Shown one piece after another: positions 8,602-18,810 of a stretch of 64,000 nucleotides of DNA (its first letter is position 1; every line of letters starts with the position of its first letter). This DNA is from Candidatus Woesearchaeota archaeon (lineage in GTDB: Archaea; Nanobdellota; Nanobdellia; SCGC-AAA011-G17; GW2011-AR18): positions 1 through 64,000 of the forward strand of contig JAGVZG010000004.1 of the NCBI GenBank assembly GCA_018302765.1, in the 5' to 3' direction. The notes under the pieces are model-generated. The model was not told where the DNA came from, ran no database searches, and saw only the letters and a list, made by a program, of their open reading frames with translations. The translations under genes and the position numbers were made by a program.

Positions 8602-9390
8602 TCAATCCTTAAGTAATTTATCTAAACTAATTCTCATTTTTTGCGCGACTAATTCTGGATCAGTTGCTACGCCAATGATAGTAGTATCTTCGCTATCTAG
8701 ATGGTCTAAGCCATCTATATCAGAACCTGTCATAACATCATCATACTGGGGATCAAAGTCCAAAACCACACCAACAGAGTCAAAACCCAATAGGTGAAAT
8801 CCTTTGTATAATGGAGGAGATAATCCTAGAACATCTTTTTCAAACTTTCCTCTTGCAGATCTTTCAACACTGCGTATATAAAGATCAGCAAGTTTAGTGT
8901 CATATTCAGCTAAAAATTGCAAAAATTCTCTTCTAACTTTTGGTAGAGCATATATATCAGACTGCAATGTTCTTGCTTGACTAGCTGTTAATTTAAAACC
9001 ATAAAATCTTTTATATTGTTGTGAGTTTATTGGTAAACACCCATATTTATTAAGTTTTGTTTCTAGTTTTAATTTATATATTAAAGGATGTCCTATAACA
9101 AATTTAACATCTTCTCCATCAGGATTTGGAATTACTGCTGCATTAGTAAGAATGAATTCATTTCTAGCATCTTCTTTATCTCCTTTACTTCCAGTTCTTC
9201 CTAATCTTAATTCCATTAATTCTTTAGGATGTATTGGAAATCTTGGAACATCAATTCTTCTTCCTGTTTTAGGATCTCTTCCTGTAAGAAGTCTTTGCAT
9301 TTGAGTATAAACAGCTCCTTTAAAATATTCGTATTGCCTAACTTCAGTTAGAGTTTGAATTTCTATAGTTGAATATTGTGAATCTGTCAT
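8602..9390 (-). CDS. hypothetical protein
   Basis: 262-aa ORF, no recognised motif. Confidence 0.7.
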   Translation of the reverse strand: MTDSQYSTIEIQTLTEVRQYEYFKGAVYTQMQRLLTGRDPKTGRRIDVPRFPIHPKELMELRLGRTGSKGDKEDARNEFILTNAAVIPNPDGEDVKFVIGHPLIYKLKLETKLNKYGCLPINSQQYKRFYGFKLTASQARTLQSDIYALPKVRREFLQFLAEYDTKLADLYIRSVERSARGKFEKDVLGLSPPLYKGFHLLGFDSVGVVLDFDPQYDDVMTGSDIDGLDHLDSEDTTIIGVATDPELVAQKMRISLDKLLKD

Positions 9391-9541
9391 TATTTATGCC
9401 ATAAACTATAACAACAAAGGATTTATAAACTTTTTTATTTTAATTACTTATTGGTGGTTAAATAAATAAAAAACCTTTTTTTGTAGATATTTTCAAAAAT
9501 GAATACAAAAATATTTAAACAGAGATTAATTTTATTAGTTA

Positions 9542-9997
9542 ATGACAAAAAAGACTGTGTCAAAAGATACTCCTTTAGCTGAAATTACATTAAGAAGATA
9601 TGAAAAACCTTCAACTGAAATATCAAAAAGAGATGCTATAAAAAAGCTATGCTTGTCTATAGGCTTGCTTCAGCCAGGAGATTCCAGAGATATAATTGTT
9701 GATATATTTCATGTTTTAATAAATTCAAAAGATACTTTGGATTCTGAAGAAATACAAAAAAGAGTAATTGAATACAGAAAAGCAAACAATCTTGCTTTGC
9801 ATGGCATAGCACAATCCAATATAAGAAGGCAGTTGAGAAGACTAAGAGAATTATTCTTAGTTGAGAAAATAAAAAACACTTACAGAATTTCTGAAAATGA
9901 GAACCTGCATAATATATTTGAGGAAAAGATAAAAAAATTTTATATTCCAACAATAATCAACAGAGTTGAAGAATATTTTAAGATTCTTGACAGATAA
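9542..9997 (+). CDS. conserved archaeal protein with winged-helix-like C-terminal half
   Basis: AQSNIRRQLRRLRELFLVEKIKNTYRI resembles a wHTH recognition helix plus wing. Confidence 0.6.
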   Translation: MTKKTVSKDTPLAEITLRRYEKPSTEISKRDAIKKLCLSIGLLQPGDSRDIIVDIFHVLINSKDTLDSEEIQKRVIEYRKANNLALHGIAQSNIRRQLRRLRELFLVEKIKNTYRISENENLHNIFEEKIKKFYIPTIINRVEEYFKILDR

Positions 9998-10012
9998 GTT
10001 TTTATAGTTCTA

Positions 10013-10498
10013 GTGACTAAAAAATATATGAAAAAATATGTATTTCTAGTTTTATTGGTTTTAATTTTACCTGTTGCTGTATTTGCACATGGGGAAGATG
10101 GTTTTGAAGATACAAAACAACTTATTGCATCAGGAGTTAGCTGTGATGAACTAAGTGATGAACAATTAGAATCTATTGGTGATTTTTTCATGGAACAAAT
10201 GCATCCTGGAGAGCAACATGAGATAATGGACGAAGCAATGGGTGGAGAAGGATCTGAATCATTAAAACAAACACATATAAGAATCACAAATATGATGTAT
10301 TGTAATAATATGAGAGGAGGTATGATGAATATGGCATTTGGTATGATGGGAAGTGGCAGTGGTATGATGTATGGCGGAAGTCCTACATTAATGTGGCTAT
10401 GGTCATTTTTAGGAGTTTTATTCTTTTTAGGACTAACTTTACTAGTATGGGTGCTTGTTGTAAAACTCTGGAAAGATATAACTAGAAAAAAAGGTTAA
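10013..10498 (+). CDS. exported Met/His-rich membrane protein (putative Cu/metal binding)
   Basis: Signal peptide ending AHG; MEQMHPGEQHEIMDEAMGG; GGMMNMAFGMMGSGSGMMYGG; C-terminal TM helix. Confidence 0.65.
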   Translation: MTKKYMKKYVFLVLLVLILPVAVFAHGEDGFEDTKQLIASGVSCDELSDEQLESIGDFFMEQMHPGEQHEIMDEAMGGEGSESLKQTHIRITNMMYCNNMRGGMMNMAFGMMGSGSGMMYGGSPTLMWLWSFLGVLFFLGLTLLVWVLVVKLWKDITRKKG

Positions 10499-11499
10499 AT
10501 TTTTACAACATTTATTCTTTTTTTATTAATAAAATTGTTAATGTTTTCTATTGTAGTATCAATTATTCTTAATAATGCTTCTTTACTATTAAATGCATTA
10601 TGTGGAGTAACAATAACATTTTTTTCTTGTAATAGTAGATGATTTTCTAAAAATAATTTCCAGTCACATTCTTTTATGAATTTTTTGTGAAGCAATTGTT
10701 TTTCTTCTTTTATATAACATTCACCTTCTAAAACATCCAAACCAGCCCCTGCTAAAATTCCATGGTCTAATGCATAAACTAAGGCTTTGGTTTCTACTAT
10801 ACCACCTCTTGCAGTATTGATTAAATAAGCACCTTTCTTAATTAATTTAATATTTTTCATACTGATCATGTGTTCTGTTTCTTTATTTAGCGGACAATGT
10901 AGAGATATAATATCTGAATTTTTAAGTAAGTTCTCCAGAGAAACGTACCTAAAGCTAAATTTCCTTGCTAATTCTGAATCTTTTATTTTGGCATAAGCTA
11001 TAATTTTCATTTCAAAGCCTTTTGCCATTCTGATAACATGCTGCCCTATATGTCCAGGACCTATTATTCCTAGAGTTTTACCTTTTACATCAAAGCCTCT
11101 TAATCCTTTAATGTTAAAATTATTTTGCTTAACTCTTTCTACACTATCAATTAATTTCCTGCTTAAAGCTAATATTAAAGCAAATGTGTGTTCAGCCACT
11201 GTATTCTCGCCATAGTAAGGAACATTAGAAACTATAATATTTCTTTTTTTGCATTCATTTAAGTCTATATGATCAAATCCAGTACTCATTGTGCATATTA
11301 ATTTTAGATTTGGCAAATTGTCTAAAATTTCCTTATTTATCTTAGAATAAATGAAAATGCAAACTGTATCACAATCTTTAATTTTATTTATATTTCTATT
11401 TGTAAGTTCATTGTTAAAAAATAAAAGCTTATGTTTCTTTAATTTGTCTTTGATGTATTCCTCTTCCCATTTTTCTATTTCAAAGAATGCAATTTTCAT
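10495..11499 (-). CDS. D-isomer-specific 2-hydroxyacid dehydrogenase (D-lactate dehydrogenase-like)
   Basis: STGFDHID, GIIGPGHIG (NAD binding), LINTARGGIV, GLDVLEGE, TPHNAF. Confidence 0.92.
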   Translation of the reverse strand: MKIAFFEIEKWEEEYIKDKLKKHKLLFFNNELTNRNINKIKDCDTVCIFIYSKINKEILDNLPNLKLICTMSTGFDHIDLNECKKRNIIVSNVPYYGENTVAEHTFALILALSRKLIDSVERVKQNNFNIKGLRGFDVKGKTLGIIGPGHIGQHVIRMAKGFEMKIIAYAKIKDSELARKFSFRYVSLENLLKNSDIISLHCPLNKETEHMISMKNIKLIKKGAYLINTARGGIVETKALVYALDHGILAGAGLDVLEGECYIKEEKQLLHKKFIKECDWKLFLENHLLLQEKNVIVTPHNAFNSKEALLRIIDTTIENINNFINKKRINVVKI

Positions 11500-11538
11500 C
11501 TCTTTTCATTGATTAATTAATATCTTTCTATTTATAAA

Positions 11539-12363
11539 TTAAGCTGCTGCTTCCAATTCATTTCTAGTTTCTCTATTTAGTAAATCTAATTGTGCCATTA
11601 TCTGCTGCATTTCCCTCTCTAAACTTCCAATTTCATTTTCACTGTCAAATAAGTAAGTTGCTATATTTAGTAATTCTTTAATATCGTTCCCAGAAGTAAT
11701 TATTTCTTTTTCTTTTTTTGCCTGACTTAACTGACTTTTACCCCATAACTTTTTAGTTGCACCTAATCTTGAAATTATTTTCTCTATGATATCTAATTCT
11801 CTTTTAACAAGGCTTAATTTATTTCCTAGCGATAATTGTAATTTTTCCTGCATTGCTATGGTTTGTTGAGCATTTATTCTTTCATGCTCATCTGCTGATC
11901 TTTCAATTTTGGTTTTCTCATTTTTAATCAGTTCATTTGATTTATTAATTTCCTCTACTATTATTCCAGGTTCTGCTTTTAATTTTTCAGTATGCTGTTT
12001 TACAACATTTATTTCTTGTTCTATCAATTGTATTATTTTACTTATGACTTCATTTATCTTAGACTTTGAATCTTGGTCTGCACCTTTGGTTATTTTTTCA
12101 GCAAGATGTAAATTCTCTTTTATTAAAGCAAATTTTATCTTTGTTACATTTATCTCTTGTTCCATAAGTTCACTATTTTCTGCATCAAGTGCTGCTTCTG
12201 CTTCCTCTTCTCTTTCCATACTCTTAATTTCTTCTTCCTCTCCCCTATGTCTAAATCTTCCTGATGCCCATTCTATAATTTTTGACAAAACATACAGAAC
12301 AATAATTGCTATAGCTATTAAATACGCAATAGAAAATGCAGTTCCTTCAAGTCCAAGAACCAT
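11539..12363 (-). CDS. membrane-anchored coiled-coil hypothetical protein
   Basis: N-terminal TM helix followed by a long Glu/Lys-rich helical region. Confidence 0.7.
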   Translation of the reverse strand: MVLGLEGTAFSIAYLIAIAIIVLYVLSKIIEWASGRFRHRGEEEEIKSMEREEEAEAALDAENSELMEQEINVTKIKFALIKENLHLAEKITKGADQDSKSKINEVISKIIQLIEQEINVVKQHTEKLKAEPGIIVEEINKSNELIKNEKTKIERSADEHERINAQQTIAMQEKLQLSLGNKLSLVKRELDIIEKIISRLGATKKLWGKSQLSQAKKEKEIITSGNDIKELLNIATYLFDSENEIGSLEREMQQIMAQLDLLNRETRNELEAAA

Positions 12364-12429
12364 AGTTATTTTTTGTTAAAATGTGTATAAAATACTTTCT
12401 ATATACTTAAAATAATATTATTAGATATT

Positions 12430-13563
12430 TTAGCCTTTATGGTAAATCCTGTAAATCTTTCCTGCATTATCATCTGAAACCAATAAACTGTCCCTAAAAT
12501 TAATTATGTCTACTGGCCTTCCCTTGACTGTTAATAAAGACAACCAACCTGTTGCAAAATCTTTTACTTCTTTTGTCTCTAAATTAATATTAACTATTTT
12601 GTAACCTGTAGGAACATCTTTATTCCATGAACCATGATATGCTACAAACATATTTTCTTTGTATTCTTTAGGGAAACCATTTCCTGTATATATTGCAAGA
12701 CCTAAAGGAGCTGAATGAGCTTCTAAGTCTATAAAAGAATGTTCTGTATCCAAGCATGAGTCTCTAATGTAAGTATTTTTGTCAAATTCCTTGTCATGAA
12801 CTTGCTTTCCGTAACAATAAGGCCAGCCATAGTCTTTTCCTTCTTTTATGGTATTTATTTCATCAGGAGGAATATTATTTCCAAGACCATCTCTCCCATT
12901 TTCTGTTGCGTATATTTTGTTTTTGTATTTGATAAAACCAACTGAGTTTCTCAGACCTGATGCAAATGTTGTGCAGTTAGTACCATCCAGACTACATTTT
13001 TGGATTGTTGCCCTTAGCTTATCACCTTCTGTGCATACATTACAGCTTGATCCTATAGAAATAAACATAGAATCATTGAAAACTTTTATTGTTCTTGTCC
13101 AGTGTGATCCTGCTGGAAGTTTTACTAACTCTTGCAGTGTTTCTAATTTAGCTAAATTATTTTCACTCTTTACCCTTATTACTTTGTCTTCTTCTGCTAT
13201 GTAAATCCAATCTTCATAAAAATCAATTCCATGCGGATTATTCAAGTTCTCGATAAATACTTTTGTATTTTCAACTTTAGAATCTTTATTTTTGTCTTCT
13301 AAAGCAAATACTTTACCCTGACTTGGAACTGTAACAAGAACAGTATCATCTTTCATAACCATCATTCTTGGTCCTGGATTTGGACCTGGCGTTGACACTA
13401 AAGAACCACCTAAATTATCTGCAAATATCTCTATGTGAAACCCTTGCGGCAGTTCAATAAAACCCAATGAATTCTCTTTTATAGATGGCCTTACTGTAAA
13501 TTTAGTTATTCCATACCATATAATTAATACTAGAATTAATAAGATTAATATCTTTTTTAGCAT
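12430..13563 (-). CDS. PQQ-dependent sugar dehydrogenase (glucose/sorbosone dehydrogenase family), exported
   Basis: HWTRTI, GSSCNVC, GLRNSVG, ENGRD, DYGWPYC, HSAPLG, HGSWN, GRPVD, SDD motifs; N-terminal anchor. Confidence 0.9.
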   Translation of the reverse strand: MLKKILILLILVLIIWYGITKFTVRPSIKENSLGFIELPQGFHIEIFADNLGGSLVSTPGPNPGPRMMVMKDDTVLVTVPSQGKVFALEDKNKDSKVENTKVFIENLNNPHGIDFYEDWIYIAEEDKVIRVKSENNLAKLETLQELVKLPAGSHWTRTIKVFNDSMFISIGSSCNVCTEGDKLRATIQKCSLDGTNCTTFASGLRNSVGFIKYKNKIYATENGRDGLGNNIPPDEINTIKEGKDYGWPYCYGKQVHDKEFDKNTYIRDSCLDTEHSFIDLEAHSAPLGLAIYTGNGFPKEYKENMFVAYHGSWNKDVPTGYKIVNINLETKEVKDFATGWLSLLTVKGRPVDIINFRDSLLVSDDNAGKIYRIYHKG

Positions 13564-13613
13564 GAAGTATTTTTATTTCTTGAATATTTAAAGTTAATTA
13601 AAAAAGAAAAAAA

Positions 13614-13856
13614 TTAAAGTTTATTGTAAATTAAAGTAAATAAACTTCCTATTACAGCACCGAAAACAAATGCAACCAATATGCCAACAACCCAAGCGCC
13701 AAAGTTAAAACCTGTTGATGTATATTGCATTGTCATAAAATGCGCCCACTGCCAGTATTTCATGTAACTAGATACTACAAGTGAACCTACACCATGCAGT
13801 ACTGCAAATAAAATACCAAAAGACAAAGCAACTTTTTTTGTATTTAATTCTACCAT
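13614..13856 (-). CDS. small two-TM membrane protein (DUF5676-like)
   Basis: 80 aa, two hydrophobic segments with conserved-looking His residues, ends IYNKL. Confidence 0.55.
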   Translation of the reverse strand: MVELNTKKVALSFGILFAVLHGVGSLVVSSYMKYWQWAHFMTMQYTSTGFNFGAWVVGILVAFVFGAVIGSLFTLIYNKL

Positions 13857-14026
13857 AATATCACCTCTATTTTTTATTGCAATATATACTTATATAGTTT
13901 TCTAGCACTTTATGAATTTGTGAATTTCTATTCTTAAAGGAAAAAACTATAACTAAAATTTTCAAATTTACTATAAAATTTTCCGAATTTAATATTATTT
14001 AATTGAGAAATTTAAGTTTTTTTATA

Positions 14027-14491
14027 TTAATTTTCTATTTTTACTACTTTTATTTTAAAAGTTAGATCTTTTCCAGCTAATGGATGATTAAAATCTAGAG
14101 AAATGTTATCAGAAACTTCAGTTACTAATGCCGGTATCTGCCTGCCTTCTACATTAACTAGAACAACCATTCCTTTTTTCAATTCTGCATCTCTTTCTTG
14201 GTCTTTTGGGAAAGTTTTTATTAATTCCTGTTTTCTTTCGCCATAGGCGTCATCACTTTTTATTTTGACAGTTTTTTCCTGACCTTCTTCCATGCCTATT
14301 AAAGCAGCTTCAAATCCTTTAATCAACATTCCTTGGCCCACAGTTATATGCAAAGGTTCGTAATTTCTTTGCTCTTGAAAAGTTTCTTCTTTCTTTGCTA
14401 CGTCTGCTTTAGAAGTATCGAATAATTTACCATCTTCTGTTCTTCCTTCGTAATCAACATCTACTATAGAACCATTGCTTACATTTTTCAT
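14027..14491 (-). CDS. slyD: FKBP-type peptidyl-prolyl cis-trans isomerase (SlyD-like, no His tail)
   Basis: VDYEG..GKLFDTS, GQGMLIKGFE, DAYGE, DFNHPLAGKDLTFKIKV. Confidence 0.93.
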   Translation of the reverse strand: MKNVSNGSIVDVDYEGRTEDGKLFDTSKADVAKKEETFQEQRNYEPLHITVGQGMLIKGFEAALIGMEEGQEKTVKIKSDDAYGERKQELIKTFPKDQERDAELKKGMVVLVNVEGRQIPALVTEVSDNISLDFNHPLAGKDLTFKIKVVKIEN

Positions 14492-14627
14492 TATTTTTGA
14501 GTTTTTTTAGTAATATATAAGATTTACTTTCTTTTTTGTATTATTCTAAAACTAGCCAAAATATTTATAAAGTAATTGTAAATCCAAACTATATCCGTGA
14601 TTACTACTTTTATTGTAGGAGGATGTA

Positions 14628-15305
14628 ATGGAAAAGCAAGAAGTATTAAAATCTATAAAAGAATTAAGAGAAAAATCACCTAAAAAGAATTTCTCACAAT
14701 CTGTTGATTTAGTAATAAATCTACAAAATTTAGATTTGAAAAAACCAGAACATAAAGTTGATTTATATTTACAGCTCCCACATCCTAGAGGCAAAAAATT
14801 AAAATTGTGTGCTTTTGTTGATGCACAATTAGCTCAAAAAGCCAAAGGGGTATTTGACAATGTTGTAACAAAAGATGAATTTGCAAAGTGGATTAATAAT
14901 AAAAAAGAACAAAAAAAATTGGCTAATTCTAATGATTTTTTTGTGGCACAAGTTGAAATAATGGCACAAGTTGCAGTTACTTTTGGTAAAGTTCTTGGTG
15001 CACGAGGCAAAATGCCAAATCCTAAAGCAGGATGTGTAGTTCCTGGTAGTATTTCAAACCTGGAACCAATTGCAAACAAACTGCAGAATACTGTAAAATT
15101 ACAAACCAAAAATGAAACTTCAGTTAAGACATCTATTGGTATTGAATCAATGAAGGATGAAGATTTAGCAGATAATGTCTTAGCAGTTTATAATACTTTA
15201 TTATCAAAACTTCCACAAGAAAAAAATAATATCAAATATACTGCAATTAAATTTACAATGGGTCCAATAATAAAAATAGGAGAACAAGTTAAACAGAAAA
15301 AATGA
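14628..15305 (+). CDS. rpl1: 50S ribosomal protein uL1
   Basis: FSQSVDLVINL, GKVLGARGKMPNP, KFTMGP; SD GGAGG upstream. Confidence 0.96.
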   Translation: MEKQEVLKSIKELREKSPKKNFSQSVDLVINLQNLDLKKPEHKVDLYLQLPHPRGKKLKLCAFVDAQLAQKAKGVFDNVVTKDEFAKWINNKKEQKKLANSNDFFVAQVEIMAQVAVTFGKVLGARGKMPNPKAGCVVPGSISNLEPIANKLQNTVKLQTKNETSVKTSIGIESMKDEDLADNVLAVYNTLLSKLPQEKNNIKYTAIKFTMGPIIKIGEQVKQKK

Positions 15306-16384
15306 ATAGCCATAAACCCCATATTTCACAATATAAGAAAAATGAAGTAAATAGGGTAAAAAATCTTCTTCAAAAATACAAAATTATAGCTATAGCGGAT
15401 ATGACAAATATGCCTTCTGTTCAGCTGCAAAAATTAAGAAGCAGTATTAAAGATTCAGTTTTAATAACAATGTCAAAAGCAAGACTAATAAAAATTGTTT
15501 TTGATGAGCTAAAAGACAAGATAAATGGTTTGGGTGAATTGAGAAATCACATAAGAGGTATGCCTGCTTTATTATTAACTAATGACAGCCCTTTCAAACT
15601 AGCCAGGGTTTTAAAGAAATCAAAGAGTTCTGCTCCTGCTAAAGGCGGGCAAAATGCTCCTAATGATATTATAGTTCCTGCCGGACCTACGCCATTTCCA
15701 CCAGGTCCAATTATGGGCGAACTTGGCCAGATTGGTATTAAAGCTGGAGTTGTTGAAGGCAAGGTTGCTGTAAAGGAAGATACTGTTGTTGTCAAAGAAG
15801 GTGAATTAATAACACAACAACTAGCTAATATTCTGACAAGATTAGGAATAGAACCAATGGAGATTGGAATTAATTTATTAGCTGCACTGGAAAATGGAAT
15901 CATATTTACTAAAGATATATTAAATATTGATGAACAAGGTTATCTAAACAATATTAAATTTGCTGCTAAGAGTGCATTTAATTTATCATTTAACATTGCT
16001 TATCCAACAAAGAACAATATTGTGTTATTGATTAAAAAATCATTTCTTGACAGCAATAGCCTTGCAGATTCCAGAAAGATATTAACTAGTGAAAATGTTA
16101 AGAAAGAGGTTGCAAAAGCAAATATTGAGATGGAATCTCTAAAAAGCAAACTTAATTTACCTGAAGAGTTTTTCAAACATGATAATAAAGAAGAAAAAAG
16201 AAGTAAAGATCTAGATATTAACAAGGATGAAGAAGTAGCTCAGGCAGTTTTGAAAAGACTGCAAGATGAGAAACTTGCTAAAAGCCATGATTTGCCAATT
16301 AAAGACAAGAACTTTGAGCTGGAAGAAAAGATGGCTAAAGATGTCTTGAAAAAAGTTCAAGATGAAAAAATGAAGAAGAAATAA
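15302..16384 (+). CDS. rpl10: 50S ribosomal protein uL10 (acidic stalk P0) with atypical C-terminal tail
   Basis: [23 protein letters not shown]; start overlaps the rpl1 stop. Confidence 0.95.
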   Translation: MNSHKPHISQYKKNEVNRVKNLLQKYKIIAIADMTNMPSVQLQKLRSSIKDSVLITMSKARLIKIVFDELKDKINGLGELRNHIRGMPALLLTNDSPFKLARVLKKSKSSAPAKGGQNAPNDIIVPAGPTPFPPGPIMGELGQIGIKAGVVEGKVAVKEDTVVVKEGELITQQLANILTRLGIEPMEIGINLLAALENGIIFTKDILNIDEQGYLNNIKFAAKSAFNLSFNIAYPTKNNIVLLIKKSFLDSNSLADSRKILTSENVKKEVAKANIEMESLKSKLNLPEEFFKHDNKEEKRSKDLDINKDEEVAQAVLKRLQDEKLAKSHDLPIKDKNFELEEKMAKDVLKKVQDEKMKKK

Positions 16385-16404
16385 TACTAATGGAGGTAAA
16401 CAAA

Positions 16405-16716
16405 ATGGAATATATATATGCTGCGATGCTATTACATAGCGCTAAACAAAATGTAAATGAAGCAAATGTTAAAAAAGTCTTAGAAGCTGTTGGTGTAAAA
16501 CCTGAAGACGGAAGGGTTAAAGCTTTAGTTGCTGCTTTAGATGGGGTTGATATTGATGCAGCCATAAAAGAAGCAGCTGTTCCTATGATGGCAGCGCCTG
16601 TTGCTGCACCTGCTGGCGGAAGTGCTCCTAGTGGTGGACATGCACCTGCTGCTAAGAAGGAAGAAAAGAAATCTGAAGAAGAAGCTGCTGTTGGACTAGC
16701 TGGTTTATTCGGCTAA
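16405..16716 (+). CDS. rpl12: 50S ribosomal protein P1/aL12
   Basis: [11 protein letters not shown]...[13 protein letters not shown]; SD GGAGGT at 16392-16397 supports start 16405. Confidence 0.96.
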   Translation: MEYIYAAMLLHSAKQNVNEANVKKVLEAVGVKPEDGRVKALVAALDGVDIDAAIKEAAVPMMAAPVAAPAGGSAPSGGHAPAAKKEEKKSEEEAAVGLAGLFG

Positions 16717-16717
16717 A

Positions 16718-16740
16718 TCTTTTTCTTTTTTTAATTTTTT
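16718..16740 (+). terminator. oligo-T archaeal terminator after the rpl1-rpl10-rpl12 operon
   Basis: T-rich tract directly after the stop codon. Confidence 0.55.
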
Positions 16741-16743
16741 AAA

Positions 16744-17178
16744 TTACTTTAATTCTAATTTTTCATAATAAGTTTTTGTAAACTCAATATATTTTTGCAT
16801 AATTGATTCATCTTCAAGTAATTTTTCACGCCAGTGAGTGCTTATTACTATATCTCTTCCTTCATTAGAATTAGTTGATATACTTATGAAATGCTCATCC
16901 TGCGGAAGCATGATGCAGATATTGCCTTTTCCAGTTCCCTAGAGCGTATCTGTTTTTAATATTAAAACTGAATGTTTCAATCCTGCTAATTTCTCATTTG
17001 CAATACCTCTTATTTCCTCAAATGTAGGCATTGGTTTTATTGGAAATCTTCTTGATATAAAAATTGTTCGTTAGAGCCGTACCTGTATATTAAAAATTTT
17101 GCTGCTTCAATATTATTTTTATCTGTAGAAAATCTATGATAAGATTCTATTAATTTTTTGATAAAATGCTTTTGACAT
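16744..17178 (-). pseudogene. degraded ORF (two frameshifts and one in-frame TAG), product unknown
   Basis: Pieces MSKAF / IKKLIESYHRFSTDKNNIEAAKFLIYRYG / ISRRFPIKPMPTFEEIRG...TL*GTGKGNICI...YEKLELK join into about 140 aa. Confidence 0.45.
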
Positions 17179-17269
17179 AGCTACTTATTTTTTTCTTAAT
17201 ATAAATAATTTGTTGTTATAGGAAATAATCATCCAATAGACTTAAAAATAAAGAATTTTTCCTAATTTT

Positions 17270-18136
17270 ATGTCAAATGTAACTTTAGAGAATTATAAAA
17301 AAGTTCAGGCAGATATTTCTCAATTTAAAACAAGATTGAATGAGATAAATGAAAAGAAAGAGTACTGGTTCAAGAAAAAAGAGGATCTTAAGAAAGAACT
17401 AAATGAGTTGATTCAGAAAATAAAAGAAATAAAAGCAGAGAAAGACAGAAAGAATGTTGAACTGCAACAACTTAAGGAACAAAGAGACAAATACAATTAT
17501 GAAGTACAAAGGTTAATTAAAAATATAAGAAATCTTAATGAAGAAAAATCTAATGCTTTCAAGAAATATAACATTAAGGTTGATCCTACAAAGATTCAAC
17601 AGAAAATTAATGAGCTGGAAAAAAAAGTAGAAATAGAAACAAATTTTGATAAAGAAAAAAAATTAATGGAAGAAATAAAGAAATTAAAAAAGGCTTATGA
17701 AGAAACAACTGAAGTAAGACAAATAGCTGAAAAAGCATACCATCTTGAAAAGGAAATAAGGGAATCAAAGAAAAAGGCTGATGAATTTCATAGAAAAATA
17801 CAGGAAATAACAAAAGATACTGGTTATGAAGTATTTATGGAACTTTCTAAAAAAATAACAGAATTAAAGAAAGAACAAGAAGATGCTTTCCAGAGGTTTA
17901 TAGATCATAAAAATGAATATTCCAATACTAATAATGATGTAAAAAATAAAATGGAAGAATTCCAGGTTCTCAGGCTTTTGTTTAGTAAGGATAAAGAGGC
18001 TAAAAAGATAGAAAAGGAAGAAAAGGAAAAGAGCTTTATTAAAGATAAAATAAAAGCTGTGGAAGAAAAGTTAAAAATTAAAAAGAAATTAACTACTGAA
18101 GACATAATTGCTTTGCAAGGTTCTGGAACAGAATAA
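17270..18136 (+). CDS. archaeal coiled-coil protein (COG1340-like)
   Basis: Continuous heptad K/E helix ending KKKLTTEDIIALQ, typical of this family. Confidence 0.7.
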   Translation: MSNVTLENYKKVQADISQFKTRLNEINEKKEYWFKKKEDLKKELNELIQKIKEIKAEKDRKNVELQQLKEQRDKYNYEVQRLIKNIRNLNEEKSNAFKKYNIKVDPTKIQQKINELEKKVEIETNFDKEKKLMEEIKKLKKAYEETTEVRQIAEKAYHLEKEIRESKKKADEFHRKIQEITKDTGYEVFMELSKKITELKKEQEDAFQRFIDHKNEYSNTNNDVKNKMEEFQVLRLLFSKDKEAKKIEKEEKEKSFIKDKIKAVEEKLKIKKKLTTEDIIALQGSGTE

Positions 18137-18207
18137 TTTTTGTGATTAGGTATGCAGCAAGTAAAATTAGTATAAAACATTATAAATTGAAAATTTATTT
18201 GAATTTT

Positions 18208-18810
18208 ATGCAAACGTTTAAAATAGATGAAAAGGAATATTCTCTAAGTGATTTACTTAGCAGAAAAAGTGAAAAATTGGTTAGATTTGAGACTATTGAG
18301 TTTTTAGATAATATTTGGGAAACAGTTTCAGATAATGATAAATCACTATTAAATCAAGAACAAGGTTTAATTGAAAAAATTCTTGTACCTTGATTTTTCA
18401 ATGAAACTACAAGACATAATGCTTATTTTAATGATGCATTTTATTTAACAAATAGATTTGGAATTCAAGATTATTATAAAAGAAAAGCTGGAGTTGTTGC
18501 TTTATGGAATAGAAGACATAAATATTTTAGATGGATTACTCACCATGATTTTGATAATTCTAAATTGTTAAATTCTATGGGATTAATATCTAGATCTGAT
18601 GCAGAAGGTTTTGGAAAAAATCAAGGAAATTATGTTTTTATGCCTAGTAAAATTTATAGCGCTTTAATAAGAAATTTGGGATTAACACAAGAAGAATTAT
18701 GTTCTGCACACTTGATATGCCAATCAGTTTGTGAAAAAGAAAGAACAAATAACAAAAATTCTGGTATGTATGATGGTTTGCCTGTTGCTGATTATCCTAT
18801 TTATTTTTAG
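18208..18810 (+). pseudogene. about 200-aa hypothetical ORF interrupted by one in-frame TGA at 18391-18393
   Basis: Track ORFs 18142-18393 and 18565-18810 are in the same frame, and the DNA between them is open (FFNETTRHNAYFND...). Confidence 0.65.

Noticed and set aside
11909-12379. 156-aa plus-strand ORF, and similar antisense track ORFs (e.g. 22176-22721, 47918-48391, 61243-61740)
   Set aside because: They lie antisense to well-supported genes and have the Ser/Phe/Leu-rich composition of shadow frames
17270-18136. Apparent tandem repeats in the A-rich coiled-coil gene
   Set aside because: Low-complexity Lys/Glu codon usage, no discrete repeat unit
18391-18393. Genome-wide TGA reassignment (alternative genetic code)
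   Set aside because: TGA ends clearly bounded genes here (dedA, MFS, msrA tail) and TGG is used normally; only one in-frame TGA was found
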